Shown: piece after piece, positions 13,668 through 24,568 of the stretch
Position numbering within the stretch: position 1 is the first letter of the stretch
How the letters are laid out: each line of letters opens with the position of its first letter
DNA from: Acidimicrobiales bacterium
GTDB lineage: Bacteria > Actinomycetota > Acidimicrobiia > Acidimicrobiales > SZUA-35
NCBI GenBank assembly: GCA_041394345.1
Contig: JAWKIN010000010.1
Coordinates: forward strand, 23,287 to 87,286
DNA length: 64,000 nt
Direction of reading: 5' to 3'
The notes under the pieces: generated by a model
Database searches by the model: none
Seen by the model: only the letters and a program-made list of their open reading frames with translations
Told to the model about the DNA's origin: nothing
Program-made: the position numbers and the translations under genes

Positions 13668-15599
13668 CTACTCTCGGAGCGACCCAGCGTCGGCGACCGA
13701 TTCGTCTGCCCCGTCGGCCACGCGTGCTGATGGCGCTGCGGCGGCGGCAATGAGGCGGTCGACCTCGGCGCCCGACAACGTCTCGTGCTCAAGCAGACCT
13801 CGAGCGATCAGGTTGAGTGCGTTGCGGTTTTCGATCAGCAGGTTGCGGCATCGATCTTCGGACTCCAGCAGGATGCGCTGGGTCTCCTCATCGAGGACCC
13901 GAGCGGTCTCCTGGGAATAGTCCTTCGACCCGAGCATGTCGTCGCCTAGGAACACCGGGCCGCTGTCGCTGAAGGACATTGGCCCGACCTTCTCGCTCAT
14001 GCCCCACTCGGTCACCATGCGTCGAGCAATGTTTGTTGCCTGCTGGAGGTCGTTGGCCGCGCCGGACGACATCACGTTGAAGACCAACTGCTCGGCATTG
14101 CGACCACCGAGGGCCATGACGATCATGTTTTCGGCCTCGGTCTTGCGCATCGAGTGACGATCGCTCTCCGGCAGCGTCATGGTGACACCAAGCGCCATGC
14201 CCGTAGGAATGATCGTGACCTTGTGGAGCGGGTCGTAGTCGGGAAGAACCGCAGCCATGAGTGCGTGGCCAGCCTCGTGGTAGGCGGTGAGCTCGCGCTC
14301 GGTCTCGCTCATCACGAGTGAGTCGCGCTTCACGCCCATGATGACGCGGTCGCGCGCCATGTCGAAGTGTTCGGCGGCGATGGAGCTCGCCCCGTTACGC
14401 ACGGCATAGAGCGCCGCTTCGTTTACCAGATTGGCGAGATCGGCGCCGGACATGCCTGGGGTTCCCCGGGCAATCAGATTGACGTCGACGCTGTCTTCGA
14501 TGCGCTTGTGCTTGATGTGAACTTCGAGGATTTCCTTGCGATCGTCGAGTTCGGGAAGCGGCACGATGACCTGGCGATCAAAACGTCCTGGCCGAAGGAG
14601 CGCCGGATCGAGGATGTCAGGCCGGTTTGTGGCAGCCATCATGACAATGCCTTCGGTGGCTTCGAAGCCGTCCATCTCGCTCAACATCTGGTTGAGGGTC
14701 TGTTCCCGTTCGTCGTGTCCGCCACCGAGGCCTGAACCGCGCTTGCGTCCGATCGAGTCGATTTCGTCGACAAAGATGATGGCGCGACCCATCTTTCGGG
14801 CCTCAGCGAAAAGGTCACGGACACGGCTTGCGCCGACGCCGACGAACATCTCCATGAAGTCGGAACCCGTCACCGAGAGGAAAGGCACGCCGGCTTCGCC
14901 AGCGACGGCGCGGGCGATCAGCGTCTTTCCTGTGCCGGGTGGGCCGACCAAGAGGACGCCCTTGGGGATCCGAGCGCCGATGTCGGCGAACTTCCCAGGG
15001 TTCTTCAAGAAATCGACAACCTCGGTGATTTCTTGTTTCACCGATGCGTAACCGGCTACATCGTTGAACGTCGTGCCGGGTCGCTCAGCCGAATAGGTCT
15101 TGGCTTTCGACCGGCCGATCGACATGATGCCGCCCATTTGCGACTGTTGGCGCCGGGCCATCCACCAGAAAATGCCCAGAATGATGAGAAATGGAAGCAG
15201 GATGCTGCCAAGGTTCAGCAAGATATTGCCGCTCGGCGTGTCATATTCGATGACGAGGCCGGGTGAGTTGTCGAAGATCGCAAGATCTCCTTCGGGGATG
15301 GGGGAGGGGCCGGTTACTTCGTAGGCGGTCCCGTCCGTGAGCTTGCCGGTGATGACGGCCGTCGTGTTGTCGTAGACCATGGTCTCGACCTGATTGGCCT
15401 GGACCTTCGTCTTGAACTCGGAGTATTCGAACTTGTCGATTGTCCCACTGTTCAGATTGGTTGCGACGAAGATGAGCCCCATCACCACGGCGAAGAGGAT
15501 CCACATTGACCACTTTGGCCAACCGCCGTCGCCGCTGCCGGGAATACGGGGGTTTCGTCCTGGCGGCGGGGGTGGAGGAGTGGGTTTGGATTCTGACAT
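13668..15599 (-). CDS. ftsH: ATP-dependent zinc metalloprotease FtsH
   Basis: Intact 643 aa: [62 protein letters not shown] and the zinc motif HEAGHAL. Confidence 0.97.
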   Translation of the reverse strand: MSESKPTPPPPPPGRNPRIPGSGDGGWPKWSMWILFAVVMGLIFVATNLNSGTIDKFEYSEFKTKVQANQVETMVYDNTTAVITGKLTDGTAYEVTGPSPIPEGDLAIFDNSPGLVIEYDTPSGNILLNLGSILLPFLIILGIFWWMARRQQSQMGGIMSIGRSKAKTYSAERPGTTFNDVAGYASVKQEITEVVDFLKNPGKFADIGARIPKGVLLVGPPGTGKTLIARAVAGEAGVPFLSVTGSDFMEMFVGVGASRVRDLFAEARKMGRAIIFVDEIDSIGRKRGSGLGGGHDEREQTLNQMLSEMDGFEATEGIVMMAATNRPDILDPALLRPGRFDRQVIVPLPELDDRKEILEVHIKHKRIEDSVDVNLIARGTPGMSGADLANLVNEAALYAVRNGASSIAAEHFDMARDRVIMGVKRDSLVMSETERELTAYHEAGHALMAAVLPDYDPLHKVTIIPTGMALGVTMTLPESDRHSMRKTEAENMIVMALGGRNAEQLVFNVMSSGAANDLQQATNIARRMVTEWGMSEKVGPMSFSDSGPVFLGDDMLGSKDYSQETARVLDEETQRILLESEDRCRNLLIENRNALNLIARGLLEHETLSGAEVDRLIAAAAAPSARVADGADESVADAGSLRE

Positions 15600-15790
15600 A
15601 GGTGCAATCCTAGGCGGCGTGGGCCGAGTTCATTGGTCAGGCGGGGCAGGCTTGTAGCCTGCGGGGAGAAGAAACGACCTGCGTCGCGGTCGTGACACTA
15701 CGTAGGCTCGATAACGTCGGCAATGCGATGCGTATTCCGCGCCGCTTGCCTCGGGCGGCAGCGTAGCTCCGTCACCATTCAGGATTGTGA

Positions 15791-16529
15791 ATGTTTAAGA
15801 AGCCAGCGGCTGCCTACGAAGTGGTGGCACACCGAGTGACATGGCGACCTGTTGATGCCGTCGCGGTGCTGCTCGTGGCGTTCCTCGCCCCCGTCTTCGT
15901 CACGGTGACGTACGTCAACGCTCGCTACAACGGCGAGTTCCCCGACCAGGTGTCGGCGGTCGATCTCCTCGCACTCCAACCTGCGCTCTGGCTGAGCTAC
16001 CTGATAGGTCCCTGGTACGTCGCCCGCCGCAAGGGCGCTGGGGCAAAAGCCGATTACGGGCTTTCGTTGAAGGCGAGCGACGTCCCGGTTGGCCTTGTCG
16101 CTGGCGTTGTTACCCAACTCGGACTGCTTCGCGGCCTCTACTGGATCATCGGACAGTTTGTCGACGGCGACCGAAGTGCGGCCGCTCGCGAATTGGCCGA
16201 ACCAATGAGCGGACTCGTCGACTGGACCATTCTCACCTTTGCCGTCGTCGGCATGGCACCGATCGTCGAGGAGTTTTTCTTCCGGGGGTTGCTGATGCGG
16301 TCGATCTCAACGCTCGTATGGCGCCGTGCCTGCGGTGGTTGTTTCGGCCCTGGTGTTTGCTGCCGTCCACCAGCAACTGCTGCAGTTCCCCGGCCTCGTC
16401 GTGGTCGGCCTGATCGCCGCAGGCATGGCGATCACGACGGGCCGGATCGGCTTATCGGTGATGTTTCACGTGGATTCAACGCGACGGGTCTCGTCACGCT
16501 CTACCTCGAAACTCACTAGCGGACGGTGA
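15791..16529 (+). CDS. CPBP family intramembrane glutamic endopeptidase (CAAX protease-like), one frame break
   Basis: APIVEEFFFRGLLMRS (EExxxR motif) in 15791..16519. FAAVHQQ and later helices are in frame 16326..16529. Confidence 0.8.
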
Positions 16530-17322
16530 CCACCATGCCGTCGTCGATGCTGACGTCGATCACGTCGCTCGTGACCCGCGGCGGGTCGAGGACGAGGACC
16601 CGATTGTCGTCGTCGGGGGCAACGAGGCGCAAGTAAAGCGGGCACAGCCCATCGGCTGCTGGCTCGCCACTCGTGGCAACGAGCTCGACGGGGTGAGGGT
16701 CACGAGCGGCCTGGGCGAGCAGTTCTTGGGTGAGTCGCAGGATCAGGTGGGCCCTGGCCGGATCATCGACTCGATTGGCGTCCCATCGAACCGAGATGAA
16801 TGCGCCAACCTCCTCGCGCAGGGCCGCTGCTTCAATCTCGACGGCGAGGCGGAGCGGATTATCGGTGATCGAGAACGGGCTCTCACCCTCGGGGGACGGG
16901 GCGACACTGTGGCGCCAGGTGCGCTCGCTGCGAAGCAGTTCGAGGTTCCAGAGGGCCTCGGGTTGGGGTGGGCCAACGGGGGTTCGCCGCACTATTTCTT
17001 CGAGGTGGACGATCTGGTTGTGGAGCCGCTCGGCGGTGGCGGTCGACGATGCCGTAGCCGACTCGAGGTCGTGGCGTTGTGCCTCGACGCGGGCATTGAG
17101 CTCGCCGTTGGCCGCAGTGAGTTCGGTGATCTCGGAGCGAGCTTCACGGAGTTGGCCGGTGAGCTGCCGCAGCTCGCTTGTTTTGGATTCGAGCAAGCGC
17201 TCGTGCTCGTCCTGTCGAGCGGCGGCGAGCTTGTTGGCGCTCGCAAGCTTGCGGTTGAGGTGGATCACGACCGCAAGGAGCACAACCGCGATAGCGCCGA
17301 TTCCGGCAAGTCCGTAGATCAT
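16516..17322 (-). CDS. Hypothetical membrane-anchored coiled-coil protein
   Basis: Intact 268-aa ORF. N-terminal TM segment IYGLAGIGAIAVVLLAVVI, followed by a heptad-like charged region (ELRQLTGQLREARSEITELTAANGELNARVEAQ). No family recognised. Confidence 0.5.
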   Translation of the reverse strand: MIYGLAGIGAIAVVLLAVVIHLNRKLASANKLAAARQDEHERLLESKTSELRQLTGQLREARSEITELTAANGELNARVEAQRHDLESATASSTATAERLHNQIVHLEEIVRRTPVGPPQPEALWNLELLRSERTWRHSVAPSPEGESPFSITDNPLRLAVEIEAAALREEVGAFISVRWDANRVDDPARAHLILRLTQELLAQAARDPHPVELVATSGEPAADGLCPLYLRLVAPDDDNRVLVLDPPRVTSDVIDVSIDDGMVVTVR

Positions 17323-17463
17323 CGGGTCAGCCTAGCGAGTGGGTCTGGCGGGCCGCTCGGACTAGGTCAGTTGGATCAAATCGAGTGGCGAGTTGGATGA
17401 AACGGACCAGCAGCCGAATGGAGGTAGTTGGTAGAAGCAGCTGAGCGCGAACCGAGGCGATGA

Positions 17464-17652
17464 ATGAACCAGAACCTGTGTGGCAAATGTGCCAAAGAAC
17501 TTGTGTCGATCGCAATCAAGGTTGATGGCCGTGACCTGGTCATGTATTCGTGTCAGAACTGTGACACCCGGACCTGGTCGTTGGCCGGTGAGTCGATTGC
17601 TCTGGCCACTGCGCTCGAGCAGGTCGGCGAACATAGCGGCCGTCGTCGCTAG
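17464..17652 (+). CDS. Small zinc-ribbon protein (CxxC..CxxC), hypothetical
   Basis: 62 aa: MNQNLCGKCAKEL...YSCQNCDTRTW. It lies upstream of the 835-aa membrane protein. Confidence 0.45.
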   Translation: MNQNLCGKCAKELVSIAIKVDGRDLVMYSCQNCDTRTWSLAGESIALATALEQVGEHSGRRR

Positions 17653-17715
17653 GCCGAAAGTAATTCCGCCATTGACGTCTCCATTGCGGCAGTTGATGCC
17701 ACCATTGGGGGCGTC

Positions 17716-20223
17716 ATGTCTATCGTCTCAACGATTCGCCAGCGGGTCCTCTCGTCACCGCTCCAGTTTCTTAGCCTTGCGATCGCTCTTGCCTGCTCGG
17801 TCTACGTCTTTCTGCAGCTTCAACCATCGCTGATTCTGCGCGATAGCACACCGGCGGGTGGTGATATGGGGGCCCACGTTTGGGGTCCGGCGTTCATGCG
17901 CGACCACCTCCTGCCCAACCTTCGGGTGACCGGCTGGACCCCAGATTGGTACGCCGGATTCCCGGCATACCACTTCTATATGGTGGTTCCGTCGCTGCTC
18001 ATCATCTTGGTAAACGCTGGCTTGTCGCCCGTGGTCGGTGGCATTGCCGCCATCGTGGCCCTCGGGCTCGGACTCCGACTCGCCAAGCGTCTGCCTCAGT
18101 CCGCCGCCCTGATCATCGTTGCCAGCGTCTTACTCGCCGTTGGGCTCTACCCCGTGCCCTACGGGATCTCGTTCAAGCTCATCAGTGTCCTCGGCGTTGT
18201 GCTCATGCCCATAGCTGGTTGGGCCATGGCTCGGCTGGCGTCGAGCGTCGAACCGGTACCCGGCCTCGTGGCGCTTGGCACCACGGTCTTCCTCTTCGAC
18301 ACCAACTTCACGATTTATGGTGGAAACATCCTCTCGACTCTGGCCGGTGAGTTCGCGTTCTCCATCAGTCTGGCCCTCGCCCTTCTGGCCATCGGTCTTG
18401 TCGCCCGAGGCATGGAGACCGACTCGCATCGAGGAGCCGCGGCGATCGTTATTGCGCTCGTCGCCTTGTGTCACGTCATCCCGCTCATCTTTATCGTCGT
18501 CGCCGTCTTCCTGCTGGCGTTCCTCGACGACGACACCCCACGACTCTGGCTCATCGGATTCACCGTCACGATGTTTGTGGCGTTGTGGCTTGGCGATTGG
18601 AAGCTCTCGGGCATTCTCCTGTCTGGCGCGCTGAGCTGCCTCATTGTGGCCGGTGCAATCGTGGCGGCCGAACGAAGCGTCCGACAACGGATCCTCTGGC
18701 TGGCGACTGTTGGGCCGGTGGCCGCCCTACTCTCGTTCTTCTGGCTGTTGCCGTTTGGGGCCCAGTCCGCCTTCTTCAACGACATGGGTTGGGAGCGGCT
18801 GGAAGCGACGGTGCCCGCGCTTCTCACCACGCCGATGAAGATTGCCATTCCGTTCGCCGTCATTGGCGCCGTCTTCGCGCTTGCGTTGCGTGATCGCGTC
18901 GGCATGCTGTTCTCGCTGCTGGCGATGATCTCGGCCGCCGGCGTCCTCAACGTGCCAGACGGCCGACTGTGGAACGCTCGAATCCTGCCGTTCTACTACC
19001 TGTCCGTCTACCTGGTGGCCGCAGTCGGTTGCGCTCACGTCGTACGTTTCGTCGGCGTCGCCCTGAGTGAAGACTTCGCCAAACCGCACAAGGGCTGGAT
19101 TGCGACGGCATCGGGCTTGGCGCTCGCGGCCACGCTCATCGGCATCAGCATTCCGTTGCGAACGATGCCGTTCGGCGCGGCCAAGGCCGACGGGACCTAC
19201 GCCTGGATGGGTCTCACCAACAACCGGGCGAGCGCCATCCCGGGTTGGTCGAGCTGGAACTACTCGGGCTACGAATACAAGCCGTCCTATCGAGAATACA
19301 ACGACATCGTGACGACGATGGCCAACCTCGGCGCCCAGAACGGGTGTGGTCGGGCCATGTGGGAATACAGCTCAGAACTCGATCGCTACGGCACCCCAAT
19401 GGCGCTCATGCTGATGCCGTTCTGGACCGACGGATGCATCGGCTCAATGGAGGGGCTCTATTTTGAGTCGTCGGCGAGCACGCCATTCCATTTCCTCAAC
19501 CAAAGTGTGCTTTCTGATTCCCCGTCGAGGGCCCAGCGTGATCTGCCCTATCAGAACTTCGATATCGAGCTCGGTGTCCGTCAGCTTCAGACGACCGGTG
19601 TCCGCTACTACATGGCCCAGAGCGACGTCGCTATCGCCGCCGCACGCGCCAACGACGACCTCACCGAACTTGCGGTGTCCGAGCCATGGGTGATTTTCGA
19701 AGTTGCTGGCTCCCAACTCGTTGAGGGCCTATCCCGGGTGCCGATCGTGGTCAGCGGTCCTGCCGAAGATGCGCCCGGAGTCGAGGACCGATTTGACGTT
19801 GGTTGGCTCTCCCAAGCAGTCGACTTCTACAACAACGCCGATACGGCAGTTGTGTTGCCGGCCGAGGAAGGGCCAGCCGAATGGCTTCGTCTCGATGCCA
19901 CCAACGAGGCAGAGGCGACCGAGATCGATCCCGCCGTCGTGTCCAACATTGTCACCGAGACCGATCGCATCTCGTTTACGGTCGACCAGGTCGGCAAGCC
20001 CGTTCTCGTCAAGATCTCGTACTTTCCCAACTGGGCAGCCGATGGCGCCGAGGGCCCATGGCGGGTCGGACCTAACCTCATGGTCGTCGTGCCTAAGGCG
20101 AATGACGTCACCCTCTCGTACGGTCGAACCGGTTACGACTGGCTCGGCCTTTTCGCCTCATTGCTGGGTCTTGTGGCGCTAATTGCGCTGGTTGCTTGGC
20201 AACGCAAGCGTGCCGTGGCGTGA
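17716..20223 (+). CDS. Large polytopic membrane protein with an extracytoplasmic domain, GT-C-like (function unknown)
   Basis: Intact 835 aa. About 12-14 hydrophobic helices in the first 470 aa, a soluble segment of about 320 aa (WSSWNYSGYEYKPSYREYNDIV..MPFWTDGCIGSMEGLYFESS) and a C-terminal TM (LFASLLGLVALIALVAW). The architecture resembles polyprenyl-phosphate-sugar-dependent GT-C enzymes. Confidence 0.6.
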   Translation: MSIVSTIRQRVLSSPLQFLSLAIALACSVYVFLQLQPSLILRDSTPAGGDMGAHVWGPAFMRDHLLPNLRVTGWTPDWYAGFPAYHFYMVVPSLLIILVNAGLSPVVGGIAAIVALGLGLRLAKRLPQSAALIIVASVLLAVGLYPVPYGISFKLISVLGVVLMPIAGWAMARLASSVEPVPGLVALGTTVFLFDTNFTIYGGNILSTLAGEFAFSISLALALLAIGLVARGMETDSHRGAAAIVIALVALCHVIPLIFIVVAVFLLAFLDDDTPRLWLIGFTVTMFVALWLGDWKLSGILLSGALSCLIVAGAIVAAERSVRQRILWLATVGPVAALLSFFWLLPFGAQSAFFNDMGWERLEATVPALLTTPMKIAIPFAVIGAVFALALRDRVGMLFSLLAMISAAGVLNVPDGRLWNARILPFYYLSVYLVAAVGCAHVVRFVGVALSEDFAKPHKGWIATASGLALAATLIGISIPLRTMPFGAAKADGTYAWMGLTNNRASAIPGWSSWNYSGYEYKPSYREYNDIVTTMANLGAQNGCGRAMWEYSSELDRYGTPMALMLMPFWTDGCIGSMEGLYFESSASTPFHFLNQSVLSDSPSRAQRDLPYQNFDIELGVRQLQTTGVRYYMAQSDVAIAAARANDDLTELAVSEPWVIFEVAGSQLVEGLSRVPIVVSGPAEDAPGVEDRFDVGWLSQAVDFYNNADTAVVLPAEEGPAEWLRLDATNEAEATEIDPAVVSNIVTETDRISFTVDQVGKPVLVKISYFPNWAADGAEGPWRVGPNLMVVVPKANDVTLSYGRTGYDWLGLFASLLGLVALIALVAWQRKRAVA

Positions 20224-20298
20224 TCGAGTCGCAGTAGCTGCGGTTGAAAGCGACGAGGCGACACCCGCCTATCTCGACAAACTCGATGGCCCCGACGA

Positions 20299-20518
20299 CG
20301 TGAGTGAGCCGGTGTGGAGTGACGAGGTTCCGGCTGCCGATGCCTCAGTCGTCGCGACTGCGGTCGTCGGGACGCCGCTGGTCGAGGCGACGCCTCGCAA
20401 CGGCCCCATCGAGATAAGCGACGATGCACTCGAGCTGCTCCTCGGTGAGTCGCCGGCCCCGACAGAACCCAACGTCGATTCGGAGACAGGTGGTCTCGAC
20501 GGTCCGGTCGAGAAGTGA
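20299..20518 (+). CDS. Possible small acidic protein, or N-terminal extension of the downstream gene
   Basis: Frame 20183..20518 is D/E/P-rich. Its stop overlaps the GTG of the next gene (GTGA at 20515). The first plausible start after the upstream stop is GTG near 20299. Weak. Confidence 0.25.
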
Positions 20519-21695
20519 GAAGTCGACTTCGCTTCTTTGCCATCGTCGGCCTGTTCGCCACGGCGGTTGACTTCTTTGTTTTCCGGGCGTTGGCGGCCGA
20601 CGCACTCATCCGAGCCGACATCTTGGCGCTTACGTCGGCCGCGATTTTCGCCTACCTCGGCAACCGGTTTCTGACCTTTCGTGGCACCCCTGGCGCTCGC
20701 TGGGTCCGCCAACCGGGCCTCTTCGCGCTAACCGCCGGGCTGGCTGGCACCATCGATGTGGCGACCGTCGTCGTCGGCAATGCGCTCGGGGCCAACCTCA
20801 CGGTGCTCAAACTCATCGCCATCGGTCTCGCCGCGTTCGTTCGATGGACGGCCTACCGACTCATCTTGTTCAAGGAGGTGCGGCGTGAGATGGGCGAACG
20901 GCGCCAGCGTCCACCGGTCGACGCTCCGCACCGGCTGTCGGTGGTGGTGCCCGCCTACAACGAGGGCGAACGAATTGCCCACACCGTCGAGTCCCTGCGC
21001 CGCGTGTTGACGCCGGTTGTCGGCGAGGGCCAATTGGAGATCCTCGTCGTCGACGATGGATCGACCGACAACACCATCGAACTCGCCGAGGCGGCGGCCG
21101 CCACTGTTGTCGCCCAACCACAAAAACGGCGCAGGGTGCCGCCGTCCGTGCGGGCGTCATCGCCGCCTCCGGTCGCTCGGTGGTCTTTACTGACGCCGAT
21201 CTTGCCTACCCACCCGAGACCGTCCTGGAAGTACTGGCCGAACTGGAGGACGGGTGGGACGTCGTTGCTGGTTCCCGGCGCCATCAAGACACGACCACCC
21301 TCGCTCAGGCCCGCTGGATCCGCGAGCTCGGTGGCCGGATGGTCAACTGGCTGACTCACCACGTGCTCCTTGGCCACTTCCGTGACACCCAGTGTGGAAT
21401 CAAGGGTTTCCGTGGCGACATCGGCCGAGTCATCTTCGAGCGCTGCCAGATTGACGGTTTTGCCTTTGATATCGAGATCTTCCTGATTAGTGAGCAAGAT
21501 CGGCTCTCGCTGACCGAGGTCCCCGTGGCGGTCGAAAACCGTCAATCATCGTCGGTTCGTCTCGTCGGTGACACACTCAAGCTGCTCAAAGACCTGTTTG
21601 TGGTGCGTCGCGCTGCAGGGACAGGCTTCTACAAGCCAAACGCTCAACAGCTGGCCGTTCTGACCGATCGGATAGCTGAAACCCCACCCTGCTGA
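20515..21695 (+). CDS. GtrA-like domain fused to a GT2 polyprenyl-phosphate sugar synthase (DPM1/GtrB-like), one frame break near 21125
   Basis: N-terminus FFAIVGLFATAVDFFVFRAL..YLGNRFLTFRG (GtrA-like), then LSVVVPAYNEGERI..ILVVDDGSTDNT / GAAVRAGVIAASGRSVVFTDADLAYPPE..RDTQCGIKGFR..GFAFDIEI. Confidence 0.8.
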
Positions 21696-21703
21696 GGAGC
21701 ACC

Positions 21704-23052
21704 GTGCACGATCTCGATCTCATCGTCAAGGCCTACGACATCCGCGGGACCTACCCCGACCAGATCGATGCCGCCACCTGTCAGGCGCTTGGCGTCGGCT
21801 TTGGCGCCTTCGTTCGCCAGGCAGAGCCAGCCACTACCCAGGTCGTTGTGGCCCGAGACATGCGGCCATCGGGCCCCGAGCTCGCCAGCGCTTTTGCCGA
21901 GGGAGTCGAGCCAAGGCCTCGACGTGCTCGACATCGGGTTGGCCTCAACTGATCTCATGTATTTCGCCTCCGGATCGCTTGGCTGCCCTGGCGCCATGTT
22001 CACCGCATCTCACAACCCCGCTGGCTACAACGGCATCAAGATGTGTCTGTCGCACGCCAAGCCGATCGGTCAGGAATCCGGCTTGGCCGATATCAAGCGG
22101 GTGGCGCTCGACGGCGCACCACCAGCGGACAGGCGGGGGACTCGATCGCACGACGACCTCCTTGGCGCCTTTGCCGATCACGTGCTCGGATTCATCTCCC
22201 TCGACGGACTTCGGCCCCTCAAGGTCGTTGCCGATACCGCCAACGGAATGGGCGGGCTTGTCGTACCCGCTGTTTTTGCGTCGTTGCCATTTGAGCTTGA
22301 GATCATGTACGAAGAGCTCGACGGTACGTTTCCCAACCACCCCGCTGACCCACTCAACGTCGACAATCTCCGCGACCTCCAGGCCCGGGTAGTGGCGACC
22401 GGCGCCGACATCGGCTTGGCCTTTGACGGCGATGCCGACCGCGTGTTCCTCGTCGACGACAAGGCCCAGCCGGTGTCAGGCTCACTAACGACCGCGCTGC
22501 TGGCCAAGGCCATCCTGGCCGAGAACCCTGGCGAGTCAATTATCCACAACCTCATCTGTTCGAGGTCAGTGCCAGAGACGGTTCGCCAGCTGGGCGGACA
22601 CCTATTCGATCCAGGGTTGGTCATTCGTTCATCAAGCAATTGATGGCCGAAAGCGGCGCGATTTTGGTGGCGAACACTCCGCCCACTATTACTTCCGCGA
22701 CAACTGGCGCGCCGACTCAGGGATCATCGCTGCGGTCATGGTGCTCGAGCAGCTCGCCCGCTCGGACAAACCACTGTCCGAGCTCCTCGACCCGCTCAAC
22801 CCCTACCGGGCATCTGGCGAAATCAACACCACCGTCGTCGACGCGGCCCTCGTCATCGAGACCGTTTCGGGCCACTACGCAGGGGCCACGCAAGACCGTG
22901 TCGACGGGCTCACCGTCGAATTTGACGACTGGTGGTTTAACCTCCGGGCATCAAACACCGAACCCCTACTCCGACTCAACCTTGAGGCGGCTGACGAGGG
23001 CGAGGTGGCTCGACGAGTGGCCGAGGTCCAAGCGATCATGGCGACCGCGTAG
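21704..23052 (+). CDS. manB: Phosphomannomutase/phosphoglucomutase, at least 4 frame breaks
   Basis: KAYDIRGTYPDQ, FTASHNPAGYNGIK (active-site Ser), GLAFDGDADRVFLVD, then GGEHSAHYYFRDNWRADSG (read by eye in a third frame near 22660..22720) and WWFNLRASNTEPLLRLNLEA across frames 21704, 21768, 22640 and 22738. Confidence 0.9.
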
Positions 23053-23056
23053 GACC

Positions 23057-24235
23057 ATGATCGAGCCACTGGCGTCGATGATTCGCAACTACGCCTGGGG
23101 TGATCTTTCGGCCCTCGCGACCATCCAAGGCCGGCCGACGGCGTGCGAACCCGAGGCCGAGCTCTGGATGGGGGCCCATCCGTCCGCATCGAGCGTCGTC
23201 GTCGCGACAGGCCAGCCGCTCAACGAAGCCATTGCGGCCAATCCGCTCGAGATGCTCGGGGAAACTGTGGCCGAGACGTTCGGGCAGCTCCCGTTCCTGG
23301 CGAAAATTTTGGCCGCAGCAGAACCCTTGTCGATCCAAGTCCACCCCTCGCTCGACCAGGCCATTGCTGGCTTCGCGAGGGAGGAGGCAGCCGGCATCGA
23401 GCGTGATGCTCCCGACCGCACCTACCGCGACGCCAACCACAAGCCCGAACTCATCTGCGCCATCACGAGGTTCGAGGCCAAATGCGGGTTCCGACGGCTT
23501 GCCACGAGTCGGCGGTTGTTCAGCCACCTGACCGATCCGCGCGCCGCTGGCTTGGCTGAGCGACTCAACCAGGCTGGCCAGAGTGACGAGCAGGTACTGT
23601 CAGAGACACTGTCATGGCTGCTGAAGCTCTCGCCCCGCGCCTTGACAGACTTGGTCGACGGCATTGTGGAGAGTTCTCCCGCTACGAGTGAGTTCGCCAA
23701 GGACCTGGCATGGATTGAGCCGATGCACATGCAATACGGCGCCGATGTTGGTATCCCCATTGGTCTTCTACTCAACCACGTCGTACTCGAGCCCGGCCAG
23801 GCGCTCTTCCTCGGCCCCGGCAACGTTCATGCCTATCTCCGTGGCGTCGGGGTGGAACTCATGGCCAACAGCGACAATGTCATCCGCTGTGGACTCACGC
23901 CGAAACACGTCGACGTCGACGAACTGCTTGCGGTCGTGAGTTGCACGCCGCTCGACCCGCCGATCCAGTCGCCGGCTGGTGCCATGCATCGTTTCGAGTC
24001 ACCCGTTCCTGAATTCGCGCTCACCCGCATCATCGAAGCGAGTTCACTTCGCCTCGAATCGGTGGGTCCCGAGATCATCGTCGTCACCGATGGGTCGTTT
24101 ACGGTGCGGCGCGACGACGGCTCGGCAGCGGTGACGATGCGGAGCGGCGACGTCGTGTTCTTGAGCCCAGACGACGCGGCGTATCTTGTCGACGGTGCGG
24201 GGGCGCTCTGGCGTTCGACCGTCGGAAACATCTGA
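23057..24235 (+). CDS. manA: Mannose-6-phosphate isomerase, class I
   Basis: MIEPLASMIRNYAWGD..ELWMGAHP..LPFLAKILAAAEPLSIQVHP..YRDANHKPE..AYLRGVGVELMANSDNVIRCGLTPKHVD. ATG at 23057, inside ORF 22640..24235. Confidence 0.9.
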   Translation: MIEPLASMIRNYAWGDLSALATIQGRPTACEPEAELWMGAHPSASSVVVATGQPLNEAIAANPLEMLGETVAETFGQLPFLAKILAAAEPLSIQVHPSLDQAIAGFAREEAAGIERDAPDRTYRDANHKPELICAITRFEAKCGFRRLATSRRLFSHLTDPRAAGLAERLNQAGQSDEQVLSETLSWLLKLSPRALTDLVDGIVESSPATSEFAKDLAWIEPMHMQYGADVGIPIGLLLNHVVLEPGQALFLGPGNVHAYLRGVGVELMANSDNVIRCGLTPKHVDVDELLAVVSCTPLDPPIQSPAGAMHRFESPVPEFALTRIIEASSLRLESVGPEIIVVTDGSFTVRRDDGSAAVTMRSGDVVFLSPDDAAYLVDGAGALWRSTVGNI

Positions 24236-24317
24236 CGCAGTACTGACGCGGCCGGTTCTAGCCGTTACCCTGTCAGCTGATTCGCGACGACCCGCTTGGG
24301 TCGACCTTGGAGAACCA

Positions 24318-24554
24318 ATGACGCTCGATCCAACCCTCCTCAGCATTCTGGCCTGCCCTAAAGACAAGGGCTCGCTGCTCTACCTGGCTGATGAAGCCGT
24401 ACTGGTGAACCCCCGCCTCAAGCTGAGCTATCGCGTCGATCAGAACATTCCCGTCATGCTCATCGACGAGGCCACTTCGCTTGATGACGCGGAGCTCGCT
24501 CGCCTGCTGGCTGTCGCCGAAGCCGCTGGTGTCACCCCAACGTTCGCCGACTGA
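24318..24554 (+). CDS. Trm112 family protein
   Basis: MTLDPTLLSILACPKDKGSL...YRVDQNIPVMLIDEA. ATG at 24318, inside ORF 24186..24554. Confidence 0.8.
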   Translation: MTLDPTLLSILACPKDKGSLLYLADEAVLVNPRLKLSYRVDQNIPVMLIDEATSLDDAELARLLAVAEAAGVTPTFAD

Positions 24555-24568
24555 TCGCAGGACCCGCC

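Noticed and set aside
20183-20298. Start of the acidic ORF at 20183, overlapping the end of the 835-aa gene.
   Set aside because: That part overlaps the C-terminal TM helix codons of 17716..20223 in another frame. If the ORF is real at all, it more likely starts after 20223.
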